A stretch of 64,000 nt of DNA, from contig OY969807.1 in the NCBI GenBank assembly GCA_963703285.1, positions 1,088,001 through 1,152,000 on the forward strand, in the 5' to 3' direction. Of this stretch, positions 1 through 9,182 are shown piece after piece. Under the pieces are notes generated by a model. It did not search any database, was not told the origin of the DNA, and worked only from the letters and a program-made list of their open reading frames with translations. Position 1 is the stretch's first letter, and the number at the start of each line of letters is the position of its first letter. The DNA comes from an uncultured Nitrososphaerota archaeon. Its GTDB lineage: Archaea; Thermoproteota; Nitrososphaeria; Nitrososphaerales; Gagatemarchaeaceae. The translations under genes were made by a program, and so were the position numbers.

Positions 1-928
1 AGGTATCTTACTCTGACTGATTTGCTCGGGAGATCAGAGAAGGACCCCCAGGTGAGGTCTGCCAGGGGGAGCATCACAAGCGTCGGCTGGGCCAAGGACA
101 TACTTGAGAGACTCCCCCCCAAGCGAGCAGTTGGTTGACGAGCGGAGTCTCTATCAGCCAAAGTACGTGGCGACCAACTGGATGCTCTTGATCCTGTCCG
201 ACCTTGGAGTCACGAAGGAAGAACCCAAAGTAGAAAACGCCTGCCAGAGATGGATGGACCTCTTTGGGACGAAGGACGGTGGATTCAGCGCCTTCAGCAA
301 GAGGGAAGGCCACCTCTGCATCACGGGCAACACCGCTCGGGCGTTGGTCAAGTTCGGATACGCGGATCATCCTAGGGTGACGAGAGCCTTTCGGTGGTTT
401 GTCGAAAACCAGTCACCGCTGGGCGGATGGTCCTGCTGGAACTTCGGCGGCCGCCACAGCGGAAGAAACCTAGACTCTTGGGAGCCTCTCAGCGCCTTCG
501 CGGTCTATCCTCGTCAGAAGTGGACTGGGAGCATGAAACTAGCCGCTGAAAGGGGGGCAGAGTTCTTCCTGGAGCGCGAACTCCACAAGCAGGGAGACCG
601 CTATGAGCCGTGGTAACGCTTTCACTATCCCATCCACTATTACTACGATCTTCTTGTGGGCCTCGATTTCATGACCGCGCTGGGCTATTCCAGCGATAAG
701 AGACTCGGATATGCCATCTCATTGCTTGAGAAAAAGAGGAGGTCAGACGGAAGATGGAATCTTGACGGCGTTAATCCGGACGCTGGCAGCCCACAGGGTA
801 AGTGGAACAGGGATCATCCAAAGCGGGCCTCGATCCCCTTTGCACTTGAGGAGCCCGGGGAGCCCAGCAAGATGATAACGTTGAACGCGTTGAGAGTTCT
901 GAGCCGTCTTGAAGTGGCTAATCGCTAG
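1..928 (+). pseudogene. Prenyltransferase/squalene-cyclase-repeat family protein, 5'-truncated by the window and disrupted
   Basis: Frame 1 reads RYLTLTDLLG..GWAKDILE, then shifts near 114-135. Frame 2 reads SLYQPKY..HLCITGN..NQSPLGGW. An in-frame TAA at 614-616 interrupts PW*RFHYPIHYYYDLL, and the frame continues to SKMITLNALRVL. Confidence 0.7.
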
Positions 929-988
929 CTCCTAAGACTCGCGGACCGGCCTCAATCCAGCGTTGCGCATTTTCTTCTGACGAGTCGC

Positions 989-1573
989 TCAAAAGACGAA
1001 GGGGATGATTTTGCGAGTTCTCCGCTGATACTGGACGTAGTCGTTTCCCAGCTCCTGTACTAGCATGCTCTCCTCAGCCCGAATCCTGTAAAGATAGACC
1101 GATACGAACATCACGGCAAAGATGAGCATCACCAACAGATTGCCCGAGAGCACACCGAACCCCGCCCAAAGAAGCATGTCGCCCAGATAGCCGGGGTGTC
1201 TCACCCGGGCATAGGGACCAGAGGTCACCACCTTGTGGTCCTCAGCTATCATGAGAGTCGTGGTGTAGAACTTCCCCAGGGTGAGGGCCGCCCAGATTCG
1301 GACTCCGAGGCCAATCATCATGACTGCAAGGGCGACCAACCCTTCGAGAAGATTGATCGGGAATGTGAATGCGCCCGAAACATCCGCCAATACGGGCAGC
1401 CAGAGTCCTATCCCGGTCGCCGAACCGATGAGTAGCATGTTACCCCTGTCGAAGGGCCCTCCATGGAACGACTTCGCGCCTTTGGTCGGGCGCAATAGCC
1501 TCTGGATGATGAAGAAGGCCACTATCACGGCGTAACCGGCGAAGATGAACCAAAGACCGAGCGTTGAAATCAA
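989..1573 (-). CDS. Isoprenylcysteine carboxyl methyltransferase (ICMT/Ste14) family membrane protein
   Basis: VVTSGPYARVRHPGYLG and RIRAEE..L..ELG.DY..Y motifs; multiple TM segments. Confidence 0.9.
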   Translation of the reverse strand: MISTLGLWFIFAGYAVIVAFFIIQRLLRPTKGAKSFHGGPFDRGNMLLIGSATGIGLWLPVLADVSGAFTFPINLLEGLVALAVMMIGLGVRIWAALTLGKFYTTTLMIAEDHKVVTSGPYARVRHPGYLGDMLLWAGFGVLSGNLLVMLIFAVMFVSVYLYRIRAEESMLVQELGNDYVQYQRRTRKIIPFVF

Positions 1574-1717
1574 GGGATTACACTTGGCGCTGTTCTAGGC
1601 TGGCCTTGGCCTCGAGTTTGGTAATCAGTCTTTCCTCGGCTACCCGGCCGTCTCTGGCCCAAGTTCAATTTCCCCCTAGACACGCTAATTAGACGATAGA
1701 TAGCCGAAGACGGACCG

Positions 1718-2119
1718 ATGGGGAGCATGGAGACGGTCAAGCGGTTCGTGGACGCAATCAACAGCCATGATGTGAAGGGACTGGTCGGACTCATGACAGG
1801 AGACCACGCATTCGTGGACTCGCTCGGGGACGAGTACACTCGTCCAGCCATCGAGACCGGCTGGGCCGAGTACTTCGATATGGTGCCGGACTACTTTGTC
1901 GAGATAGACAAGACTGCTATCCTCGACGATGATTCTTTGATCCTGGTAGGGAGGGCGGGAGGAACCTACGCTCCCGGTGGCGCACCCCTCATGAAAGAGA
2001 ACGGATGGCAATCGCCGGCTGTGTGGATCGCGAAGGTGCATGGTAGTAGGGTGTCAGAGTGGAGGAAATACTCGGACAACGAGGCGATCAGAGCGAGGAT
2101 GAGGGCGAACAACCGGTGA
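1718..2119 (+). CDS. SnoaL/NTF2-like family protein
   Basis: VKRFVDAINSHDV..L..LMT.D..FVD pattern; 133 aa. Confidence 0.85.
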   Translation: MGSMETVKRFVDAINSHDVKGLVGLMTGDHAFVDSLGDEYTRPAIETGWAEYFDMVPDYFVEIDKTAILDDDSLILVGRAGGTYAPGGAPLMKENGWQSPAVWIAKVHGSRVSEWRKYSDNEAIRARMRANNR

Positions 2120-2212
2120 ATCGAGTTCGACCAAATCGGGAAGACCTCGAATTTGAGAGTCCGAGAGTGAAGGAAAGCTTTTCTTTTGTTATTCTAGCAC
2201 TCCGCAACTCGG

Positions 2213-2932
2213 GTGACCTCGACGGTTCACGTGGGCGTCTCGGGCTTCAGCTATCCCAGCTGGAAGGGGGCGTTCTACGGCGAGGGCACGAAGAGCGAGG
2301 AATTCCTCAACGAGTACTCCCGACGTTTACGAAGTGTCGAAATCAACAGCACGTTCTACGCGTTCCCAACATCGGCCACGATGAAGAGCTGGTCGACGAA
2401 GACCGACGAGGAGTTCAGGTTCTCCTTCAAAGCGCCGAGGCAGATCACACACGTCCTGAAGATAGGGAAGGGGTCCTTCGAGCTCGCGGAGATGCTCTCG
2501 AAGACGGTTGACCTGTTGGGGACTCGGCGCGGCCCAGTACTGTTCCAGCTTCCTCCCTATCTCAGGAAGGACACGGAACTCCTCGAGGAGTTCCTGTCAC
2601 AAACCTCCGATATCGGAAACCGCGTCTTCGAGTTCAGGCACGAGTCTTGGTTCGAAGATACGACATACCAGCTGCTTGACGAGTACGGCGCGGGCTTCTG
2701 CATAGCAGAGAGCGAAGATTTCCGACCGGTCTTTCAGGTCACCGGTGACCTTGCGTACTTCAGGCTCAGGAACGAGTCATACAACGAAAAGGAGATTGAC
2801 CAGTGGGCCGAGAAGATTAGCAAGACCATCAAGGGGGTGGGCGAATCCTTCGCGTACCTAAGGCATGACGAGACCGGCGAAAACGCTCTGCTGGCCCAGA
2901 GGCTCTCCGAGAAGCTGCGGGACTCGGAATGA
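2213..2932 (+). CDS. DUF72 (YecE) family protein
   Basis: GVSGFSY..W, VEINSTFY, FKAPRQITH, LFQLPP, EFRH and YFRLR motifs. Confidence 0.92.
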   Translation: MTSTVHVGVSGFSYPSWKGAFYGEGTKSEEFLNEYSRRLRSVEINSTFYAFPTSATMKSWSTKTDEEFRFSFKAPRQITHVLKIGKGSFELAEMLSKTVDLLGTRRGPVLFQLPPYLRKDTELLEEFLSQTSDIGNRVFEFRHESWFEDTTYQLLDEYGAGFCIAESEDFRPVFQVTGDLAYFRLRNESYNEKEIDQWAEKISKTIKGVGESFAYLRHDETGENALLAQRLSEKLRDSE

Positions 2933-3019
2933 CGGGGCGGAAGGAACTACCGCGCATCGCTGCAAATGAACGCACTAGTCTTAAATTATGAATGACGTGG
3001 ACTTGAAAAGACGCCTGAA

Positions 3020-3919
3020 GTGCGACACGCCATCTGGATCAAGGAAGTCAGGGTGCCCTTCCTGCTTCTCCCAGTTGTCTTCGTCCCGGTGGGCCTTGCG
3101 ATCGCCTGGGACTCCGGGAGCCTCAACCTCTTCACGGCTCTGCTCACGTTCATAGGTGCCCTAAGCCTCCATGCGAGCGTCAACGTCCTCAACGACTATT
3201 TTGATTTCCGCAGCGGCCTCGACTTGGCGACCACGCCGACGCCCTTCAGCGGAGGAAGCCGGGTTCTCCCCGCCAACGAGATGGCCCCAAGCACCGTGCT
3301 CTACGGCGGAATACTCTTCCTGGCCGTCGGAGTTGGCATCGGCTCGTACTTCCTGTACGTCACCGCTCTCAGTCCGATACTCGTCGGCATCCTAGCAGTC
3401 GTTGTGGTCTCCGTGGTCGGCTACTCCACAGTGATTTCGCGCTTGGGTCTGGGCGAGTTCGCTGCGGGTCTGAACTTCGGGCCGCTCTTGATTGTCGGGA
3501 CTTACTACATCCAGACTGGGACGCTCGCGCTGCAGGCTCTCCTGGTCGGGACGACTCTCGGAATTCTGGTCGCTGGGATACTGTACATCAACGAGTTCCC
3601 GGACACGGCGGCCGACGCGAAGACGGGACGCCGCCACCTCGTGATAAGGTGGGGAAAAGAGAGGGCCGCGTCCAGGTTCCGGGTATTGGTCGTCGGCGCC
3701 TACGCCGTGACGGTGGCCGGGGTGGTCCTGGGTGTTGTCACGCCGTTCGCGCTGATCTCTCTGCTCGCCTTCCCGAAGGCTTGGTCGGGAGCGTCCGTCC
3801 TCACCAAGAACTATGACGGGACGATGGAGCTCGTTCCTGGAATGGCTTCCATAGTCATGGCGACCTTGTTGACGGGAGCCCTCATGCTCGTTGCCTTTCT
3901 GTTATTGCACTTCATCTAG
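3020..3919 (+). CDS. menA: UbiA-family prenyltransferase, MenA-like
   Basis: NVLNDYFDFRSGLD, PFSGGS and INEFPD..AD..TGR motifs; about 9 TM helices. Confidence 0.8.
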   Translation: MRHAIWIKEVRVPFLLLPVVFVPVGLAIAWDSGSLNLFTALLTFIGALSLHASVNVLNDYFDFRSGLDLATTPTPFSGGSRVLPANEMAPSTVLYGGILFLAVGVGIGSYFLYVTALSPILVGILAVVVVSVVGYSTVISRLGLGEFAAGLNFGPLLIVGTYYIQTGTLALQALLVGTTLGILVAGILYINEFPDTAADAKTGRRHLVIRWGKERAASRFRVLVVGAYAVTVAGVVLGVVTPFALISLLAFPKAWSGASVLTKNYDGTMELVPGMASIVMATLLTGALMLVAFLLLHFI

Positions 3920-3931
3920 CTACCAATACGG

Positions 3932-4303
3932 TCATGAACCCGACGTGGAAGTCCCTGGTTTCCCGTCATCGGGGCGCCTGAGGTCCCGTAGCATCTGCCT
4001 GAACTGTTCCTTGGTTATCTCTCCCCTCGCATACCTCTGGCGCAGGATGCGCACGGATTCGTTCCCCTCCCATCGCTGCTGCAGGTATCTCCTCCTCGAC
4101 CTCCGGAATGCCATTCGTGCGACCAACATCACGGCGAGGATCGCAATCACGAGGAGGAGGAACTCCCCGGGATAGTAGGCGCCCCTGAGCGCGAAGAAGT
4201 AGATCAGGACTAGGACGACGATGAGACCGACCGGCAGCATAAGGAGGGTTCCGACTATTCGATAACGGGCCGGAGCGCGCCCGGGTTGGTCGGGGCTAGA
4301 CAT
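3932..4303 (-). CDS. SHOCT-domain membrane protein
   Basis: Two TM helices and C-terminal ILRQRYARGEITKEQF. Confidence 0.85.
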   Translation of the reverse strand: MSSPDQPGRAPARYRIVGTLLMLPVGLIVVLVLIYFFALRGAYYPGEFLLLVIAILAVMLVARMAFRRSRRRYLQQRWEGNESVRILRQRYARGEITKEQFRQMLRDLRRPDDGKPGTSTSGS

Positions 4304-4415
4304 TCGCTCGGCGCCGTCGCCCGCTCTGGCTCAAATCTCTTTCTGGCTGAGGGAGTGAGTGTCTGGCGAGGCGAGGACCACGGCGCGAGCGGCGCGGCCA
4401 GCAAACTGACAGGCT

Positions 4416-5099
4416 CTAGAACTCATCGAGAGCCGCTATCGTAGCCAACACCATCAGCCTGGAAAACCCGGGGTCGTCGAGGTTGATGGTGTAGAGCCTG
4501 TGCCCTAACTGCTTCAAAGTCTGACCTATGTCCGGCCCCAACGCGTAGGACGCCTCGAAGAGTGTAGACCCGTCAGGGCCCTGTGCAGTGAACGTCGCGA
4601 CCCCGGCGGAGAACACGAGGGTGGCGAGCCTGTTTCCGCTTGCGTCCTCGAGCCAGCAGTTCGGGGTGGACCTGCTCCTCTGGAGGTTGCCAACCTGCAC
4701 TACACCCACCACATTGTGGCCGGCGTCCTTTACGGGGCGAGTCCTTTGGGTCAGGTGGGTCTCCTGCGAGAAGAACCCCACGGTTGACCCGTCGCCATCC
4801 TCCACGGTGTAGTCGTGATTGAGAAGCGATTGCCTCCTGGCGACCAGGACGAGTTTGCCGGTCGAGTCTTTGAGATAGACGTCGGTCAGGAGGTGTTTGT
4901 AAGAGCCGGTCCCCATCTCGGCGGTGAAGACCGGCGGCGACTGGGATTCAGGGGGGACCGGGGCCTCGGTGACCGTGGGGGCGATCGGTTCCTCGGGGGG
5001 AGCTGGTGCGCCCTGCTCGGGGAACTTCTTACCGCAAGCGGAGCAATAGAGCGCGTCGTCCTCGTTTTCCGCACCGCACTGCGCGCAGTTCTTTGTCAC
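4416..5099 (-). CDS. Double zinc-ribbon protein with a scramblase/LURP-one-like C-terminal domain
   Basis: GTG start at 5099; CAQCG..N.DDALYCSACG, a Pro-rich linker, then beta-rich D..G..VG repeats. Confidence 0.7.
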   Translation of the reverse strand: MTKNCAQCGAENEDDALYCSACGKKFPEQGAPAPPEEPIAPTVTEAPVPPESQSPPVFTAEMGTGSYKHLLTDVYLKDSTGKLVLVARRQSLLNHDYTVEDGDGSTVGFFSQETHLTQRTRPVKDAGHNVVGVVQVGNLQRSRSTPNCWLEDASGNRLATLVFSAGVATFTAQGPDGSTLFEASYALGPDIGQTLKQLGHRLYTINLDDPGFSRLMVLATIAALDEF

Positions 5100-5155
5100 G
5101 GCCGTTCTGCCCGGGACAGCCGGCCCTATTTCAGTCGCGCGCCCTTCGATTGGTC

Positions 5156-5465
5156 CTAGAGCTCGCTCTGAAGAAGAGAAAGGATCTCCGAGTGAGCGAC
5201 CGACGTAGGAGCGTCGGAGCCGGGCGAGTAGTACGAGAAGTACACCCAGTTCATCCCCGTTGGAGTTGCAGAAGACGAGCGTCGACCGCGTGTCAGCTCG
5301 CCAGTTGGGGTCGAGGGAGATTTTGGTTCCTGTGCACCCTGCCTCGAAGGCGTCGAATTCGCCCATCCACACGGGTGCACGCCATCGCTCAGCGTTGTCA
5401 AAGAACGCTGTCACGTACTGCCGGGCGGTCACCCAGCTGGCTCCGAGTAGTTGACTCGGACCCAC
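5156..5465 (-). pseudogene. C-terminal remnant of a GH5-like glycoside hydrolase
   Basis: APVWMGEF (nucleophile motif), then FCNSNG / MNWVYFSY across a frameshift; no N-terminal part. Confidence 0.55.
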
Positions 5466-5503
5466 TAGAACGATTTAAAAAATGAGAGATGGGCGGAGAG
5501 CAG

Positions 5504-6361
5504 ATGCCCGCAATCGACGCTGGCGGAGTGAGCCTGTATTACGAGGACGCCGGTACGGGCAAAGCAATCGTCTTCTGCCATGGAATACCCACCGATTACC
5601 GCGCTTGGAGCGCCCAGACGGGTCCTTTCTCCAAGGGCAGCAGGGTGATCTCGTACAGCAGACGCTATGCCTACCCGAACAAGCGCCAGGGGGACGTCTC
5701 CGACAGCACGATCGAGAACAACGCGGCCGATCTCAAGGGTTTCATCGAGAAGCTGGGCGTGGGACCGGTCGACGTCGTGGGCCACTCCTACGGAGGCTTC
5801 ATCGCGGCCCACCTTGCGGCGGACCATCCCGACCTAGTACGCTCTCTCGTCCTTGTCGAACCCGCGATCTCAACCCTTCTCGTCGAAAACGAGAAGAGCG
5901 GCGCCCAGATGGTCTCCCTCCTCCTTCGCAGTCCCTCAGTCGCACTATCGGCAAGGAAGTTCCAAAACGGTTCTCTGTACCCTTCGCTCAAGGCCCTTGA
6001 TGCGGGACAGAACGACGCGGCCGCGAGGCTGAACGTGGACGGCGTCCAGGACCTCCCCGGGGCGTTCGCAAGCCTGACCGAAGCGCAGCGGCAGATGATG
6101 GTCGACAACGCCAAGACGATCGCTGAGCTCAGGACCCGGTTCCCGCCCTTCAAGGAGAAGATTGGGAAGATCACGTGCCGGGCCCTGGTGGTCAACGGAG
6201 AAGTGAGCGCACTCTGGCTCAGGCGGATTGGCCAACTGACCGCCGCCTCGATCCCGAAAGCTCAGGCCCTGAAGGTGTCCAAGTCTAGGCACTTCCCGCA
6301 CATGGAGAACCCTTCCGAGTTCAACGAGGCGGTCATGAGGTTCCTATCAGGGAACGCCTGA
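5504..6361 (+). CDS. Alpha/beta fold hydrolase
   Basis: FCHG, GHSYGG nucleophile elbow, HFPHMENP. Confidence 0.92.
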   Translation: MPAIDAGGVSLYYEDAGTGKAIVFCHGIPTDYRAWSAQTGPFSKGSRVISYSRRYAYPNKRQGDVSDSTIENNAADLKGFIEKLGVGPVDVVGHSYGGFIAAHLAADHPDLVRSLVLVEPAISTLLVENEKSGAQMVSLLLRSPSVALSARKFQNGSLYPSLKALDAGQNDAAARLNVDGVQDLPGAFASLTEAQRQMMVDNAKTIAELRTRFPPFKEKIGKITCRALVVNGEVSALWLRRIGQLTAASIPKAQALKVSKSRHFPHMENPSEFNEAVMRFLSGNA

Positions 6362-6452
6362 GTGGCCCGATTCAGGACTGCTGTCGCCATTCATCCGATA
6401 GCTCAAATAAGGCAGCCGGCGTATCGTCCCTCAGGAGCGAGGTAGACTCGAT

Positions 6453-7967
6453 TTGACACCAGAAGGGACGCCAGGGGGCGCGACCAAGAGGGTCACGATC
6501 GGAGAGTCGATTCCGCCCGCAGCGCTGAAGGGCGTGGCCAAGTTCATGGAGACGTACTACCTCACGCCGAATCTTCGCTACTTCAGCCCCCCATCCTACC
6601 AGCAGTCCGAGTCGGGCGGCGGTGAGAGCTTGGAGTTCTCCTGGAAGATAGACCTCACGAAGATCGGCGAGCCCGTCATCGCAAACCCGCCGACGCTCTC
6701 CGTCTCGCTCACGTTGTCTTCGACAGGGGCGACCGTCGACTTCCACGATTACGATGCAGGGGCCCCGAGGATGGGCCAGATCTGCGCCCGGGTGTCGGAT
6801 GACGTAGAAGCGGTAATCGTCGCCTGCCTGACCAATGCGAAGAGGACGAGCCTCCACTTCGTGTTCTCGCTCGGAAGGGAAGAGAAGATGGAAGCCCCCA
6901 GCCAGGCTTCGCCCAACTATCGCAGGGAGGTCATCAAGAGGATTTTCGCCGGGAACACGATCAACCTCCTCCTGGTGCTGGTCCTGGTGAGCTTCGTCTT
7001 CATCTTCTTCCTCGGGGACAACGCGCTGGTCGCCATACTGGCCGTCCAGGTCATAGCGCTCGTCTTCTCGGACAAGCTAGTGATGGGTGCGGGGGTCGTC
7101 CGCCCGACGAAGGACCAGCCGGAGGTGACGGTCGTCACCGTCTTGTCGACACCCGAGGCCATCAGGTCACTCTCGAAACAGACGAAGGTGGTGATGCAGA
7201 AGATGAAGGAGTACTTCGAAGCGTCCGTCTCGTCGGTCAACGCGGAGAGCCCCGAGACGAAGCTCGCCCTCCACAGGATTCTAGTACAGGCGGGCGTCAA
7301 CTGCAGCCTGGACGACATCCAGGTAAGGACTAGGAATCCCTACGAGCTGGTCAAGACCGCGAGCGAGACGTTCCACCTCCCAATGCCCAAGATCGCCGTT
7401 GTCAACACTCCTATCGACAACGCGGCCGCGACGGGCATCTCCCAGGGAAGGTCGTCGATGACCATCACGGCGGGCGCCCTGGAGGACCTGAGCGACGGAG
7501 AGCTGCTCTCGGTCATCGGACACGAGCTCGGACACATAAAGGGCCGGGATCCCTTGATTCTGTTCGGGGTGATCAGCGTGATGTACATCGGAGGGCTCTA
7601 CGTCTGGTTCCCGCTCTTCGAGACGCTGGGCCTCTTCTACCTGATCCTGGTCTTCGCCGTGATGTACGTCGTCGGCAAGTTCCTTGAGACCCGAGCGGAT
7701 ACGGCCTCGGTCGTCGTGCTAGGGAAGCCAGGCCTTCTAGCCTCGGCCCTGACCCAGATAGGCTTCAGGCAGCTCTACTACGAGAAGTACTCGCCGAGGG
7801 CGAAGATCATCGACTGGCTGAGGTTCGACCCGCATCCGCCAATCTACTTCAGGGTCAAGCGACTGTCGGCGATTTCCTCCAGGGGAGGGGATATCCACCA
7901 CATCCTCCTCCTCTCGGTCAAGGACGTCATATCGGGATTCTTCAACGCGCTCGCGGGCCGGTCCTGA
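6453..7967 (+). CDS. M48 (HtpX-like) membrane zinc metalloprotease with a long N-terminal extension
   Basis: NAAATG, HELGH, E.RAD and HPP...R motifs. Confidence 0.88.
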   Translation: MTPEGTPGGATKRVTIGESIPPAALKGVAKFMETYYLTPNLRYFSPPSYQQSESGGGESLEFSWKIDLTKIGEPVIANPPTLSVSLTLSSTGATVDFHDYDAGAPRMGQICARVSDDVEAVIVACLTNAKRTSLHFVFSLGREEKMEAPSQASPNYRREVIKRIFAGNTINLLLVLVLVSFVFIFFLGDNALVAILAVQVIALVFSDKLVMGAGVVRPTKDQPEVTVVTVLSTPEAIRSLSKQTKVVMQKMKEYFEASVSSVNAESPETKLALHRILVQAGVNCSLDDIQVRTRNPYELVKTASETFHLPMPKIAVVNTPIDNAAATGISQGRSSMTITAGALEDLSDGELLSVIGHELGHIKGRDPLILFGVISVMYIGGLYVWFPLFETLGLFYLILVFAVMYVVGKFLETRADTASVVVLGKPGLLASALTQIGFRQLYYEKYSPRAKIIDWLRFDPHPPIYFRVKRLSAISSRGGDIHHILLLSVKDVISGFFNALAGRS

Positions 7968-8068
7968 GCCACACACAGATAGCAAGGTCTCCGGATGAGC
8001 ATGACCCCCTGAGGAGCCGAATGCCAAGCTTAACTATCCCGCCCTCCCCGCGGGGGTGGTCTCGAACA

Positions 8069-9169
8069 ATGTCGGAACCTTCCGCCGGCGCGAAGCTGTT
8101 CTTCAACGATCTTGTAGACGCGGTGAGGTACTCGCAGTCCTGGGCCCAGTCCATCGAGGAGCAGAAGGCCCATGCAGAGCGCGCAGAGCACGAGCTGCGC
8201 GAGCTGGACAAGCTCGCCTCGAGGATATCGGCCGATTTCGACGGACTGCAGCTGGACGAAGAGGTCGTCGGTCACCTCTCGAAGGTCATCAATGAATTCT
8301 CCGTCGCCGCCATCCGGCAGCAGAAGGAGAAGCTAAACACCAACGCCAAGAGGTGGGTGGAAGAGTCGTCCTCGGCTTCGGAAGCCGAGCGCCTCAAGGC
8401 GGTGAGGTCCCTCGAGTCCTATCTGGCGGGCACGCCACTCCCCGTCCTCGACCAGGAGATAGTCCTCGAGCTCTCGGACAGCTCCTACACGGCCAGCGCG
8501 GAGTACAAGTGCGCCGGGAAGATAGAGTATGAGTTTCTACTCAACACGGCAAACTCCCAGCTGTTCCGGAGCGAGTTCGCCCTCTCTGCGCTTCGCAAGG
8601 GCATCAAGCTCCCGGTGAGGCTCGGGAAAGCTTGGCTCCGGAAGGAAGCCGTCCCCGATTTCGAGAAGCTCGACGACTACGTCCTCTCGACGGCACGGGC
8701 CTCTAGCAACCACCTCGTCTCGAGCTTCGTGTTGAGGGAGACCGGCGCGGAGGTCGCAATCGTCTTCTCGAGGTCCGAGAAGGGATCCTTCGTCACGGCC
8801 GAGTACTCGGACGGGAAGGGAAAGGTGGACGTCACTGGCGAGCCTGCCCTCAGCAAGTACCTCGATCTGGTCTCTTTGAAGGCAACCATGAGCCAGCTCC
8901 TGGACGCGATATCTCGCGTGGAGAGGGAGAAGCTCAAGCTCAACCGGCTCGAAGCCCAGGGGAAGGACGTCCTTGCTTCGCTGGACTTCCTGGGGTTCAT
9001 GCAGCAGGTCTCGGCCCTGATTGTACAGTCCAACGAAGTGATCGCGGAGATGCGTAAGCTCGATCCCAAGATAGCGAGCGAGAGGCTCAAGATGCTTGGG
9101 CCCGGAGGTACCGCCATAATGGACGCGCTCGGAATCTCCCTCCGACCCGCGAAGCCGAAGCAGACCTAG
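8069..9169 (+). CDS. Hypothetical protein with N-terminal coiled coil
   Basis: Long ORF with host-like codon usage; no recognised motif. Confidence 0.75.
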   Translation: MSEPSAGAKLFFNDLVDAVRYSQSWAQSIEEQKAHAERAEHELRELDKLASRISADFDGLQLDEEVVGHLSKVINEFSVAAIRQQKEKLNTNAKRWVEESSSASEAERLKAVRSLESYLAGTPLPVLDQEIVLELSDSSYTASAEYKCAGKIEYEFLLNTANSQLFRSEFALSALRKGIKLPVRLGKAWLRKEAVPDFEKLDDYVLSTARASSNHLVSSFVLRETGAEVAIVFSRSEKGSFVTAEYSDGKGKVDVTGEPALSKYLDLVSLKATMSQLLDAISRVEREKLKLNRLEAQGKDVLASLDFLGFMQQVSALIVQSNEVIAEMRKLDPKIASERLKMLGPGGTAIMDALGISLRPAKPKQT

Positions 9170-9182
9170 CCCCAGCCGGGAG

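Noticed and set aside
614-616. Stop-codon recoding in the first gene
   Set aside because: The codon is TAA at a probable Tyr position (TAC to TAA), the gene has other lesions, and TAA terminates other genes normally.
4416-5465. A single 349-aa ORF
   Set aside because: Better explained as a GH remnant running in frame into a zinc-ribbon gene that starts at 5099.
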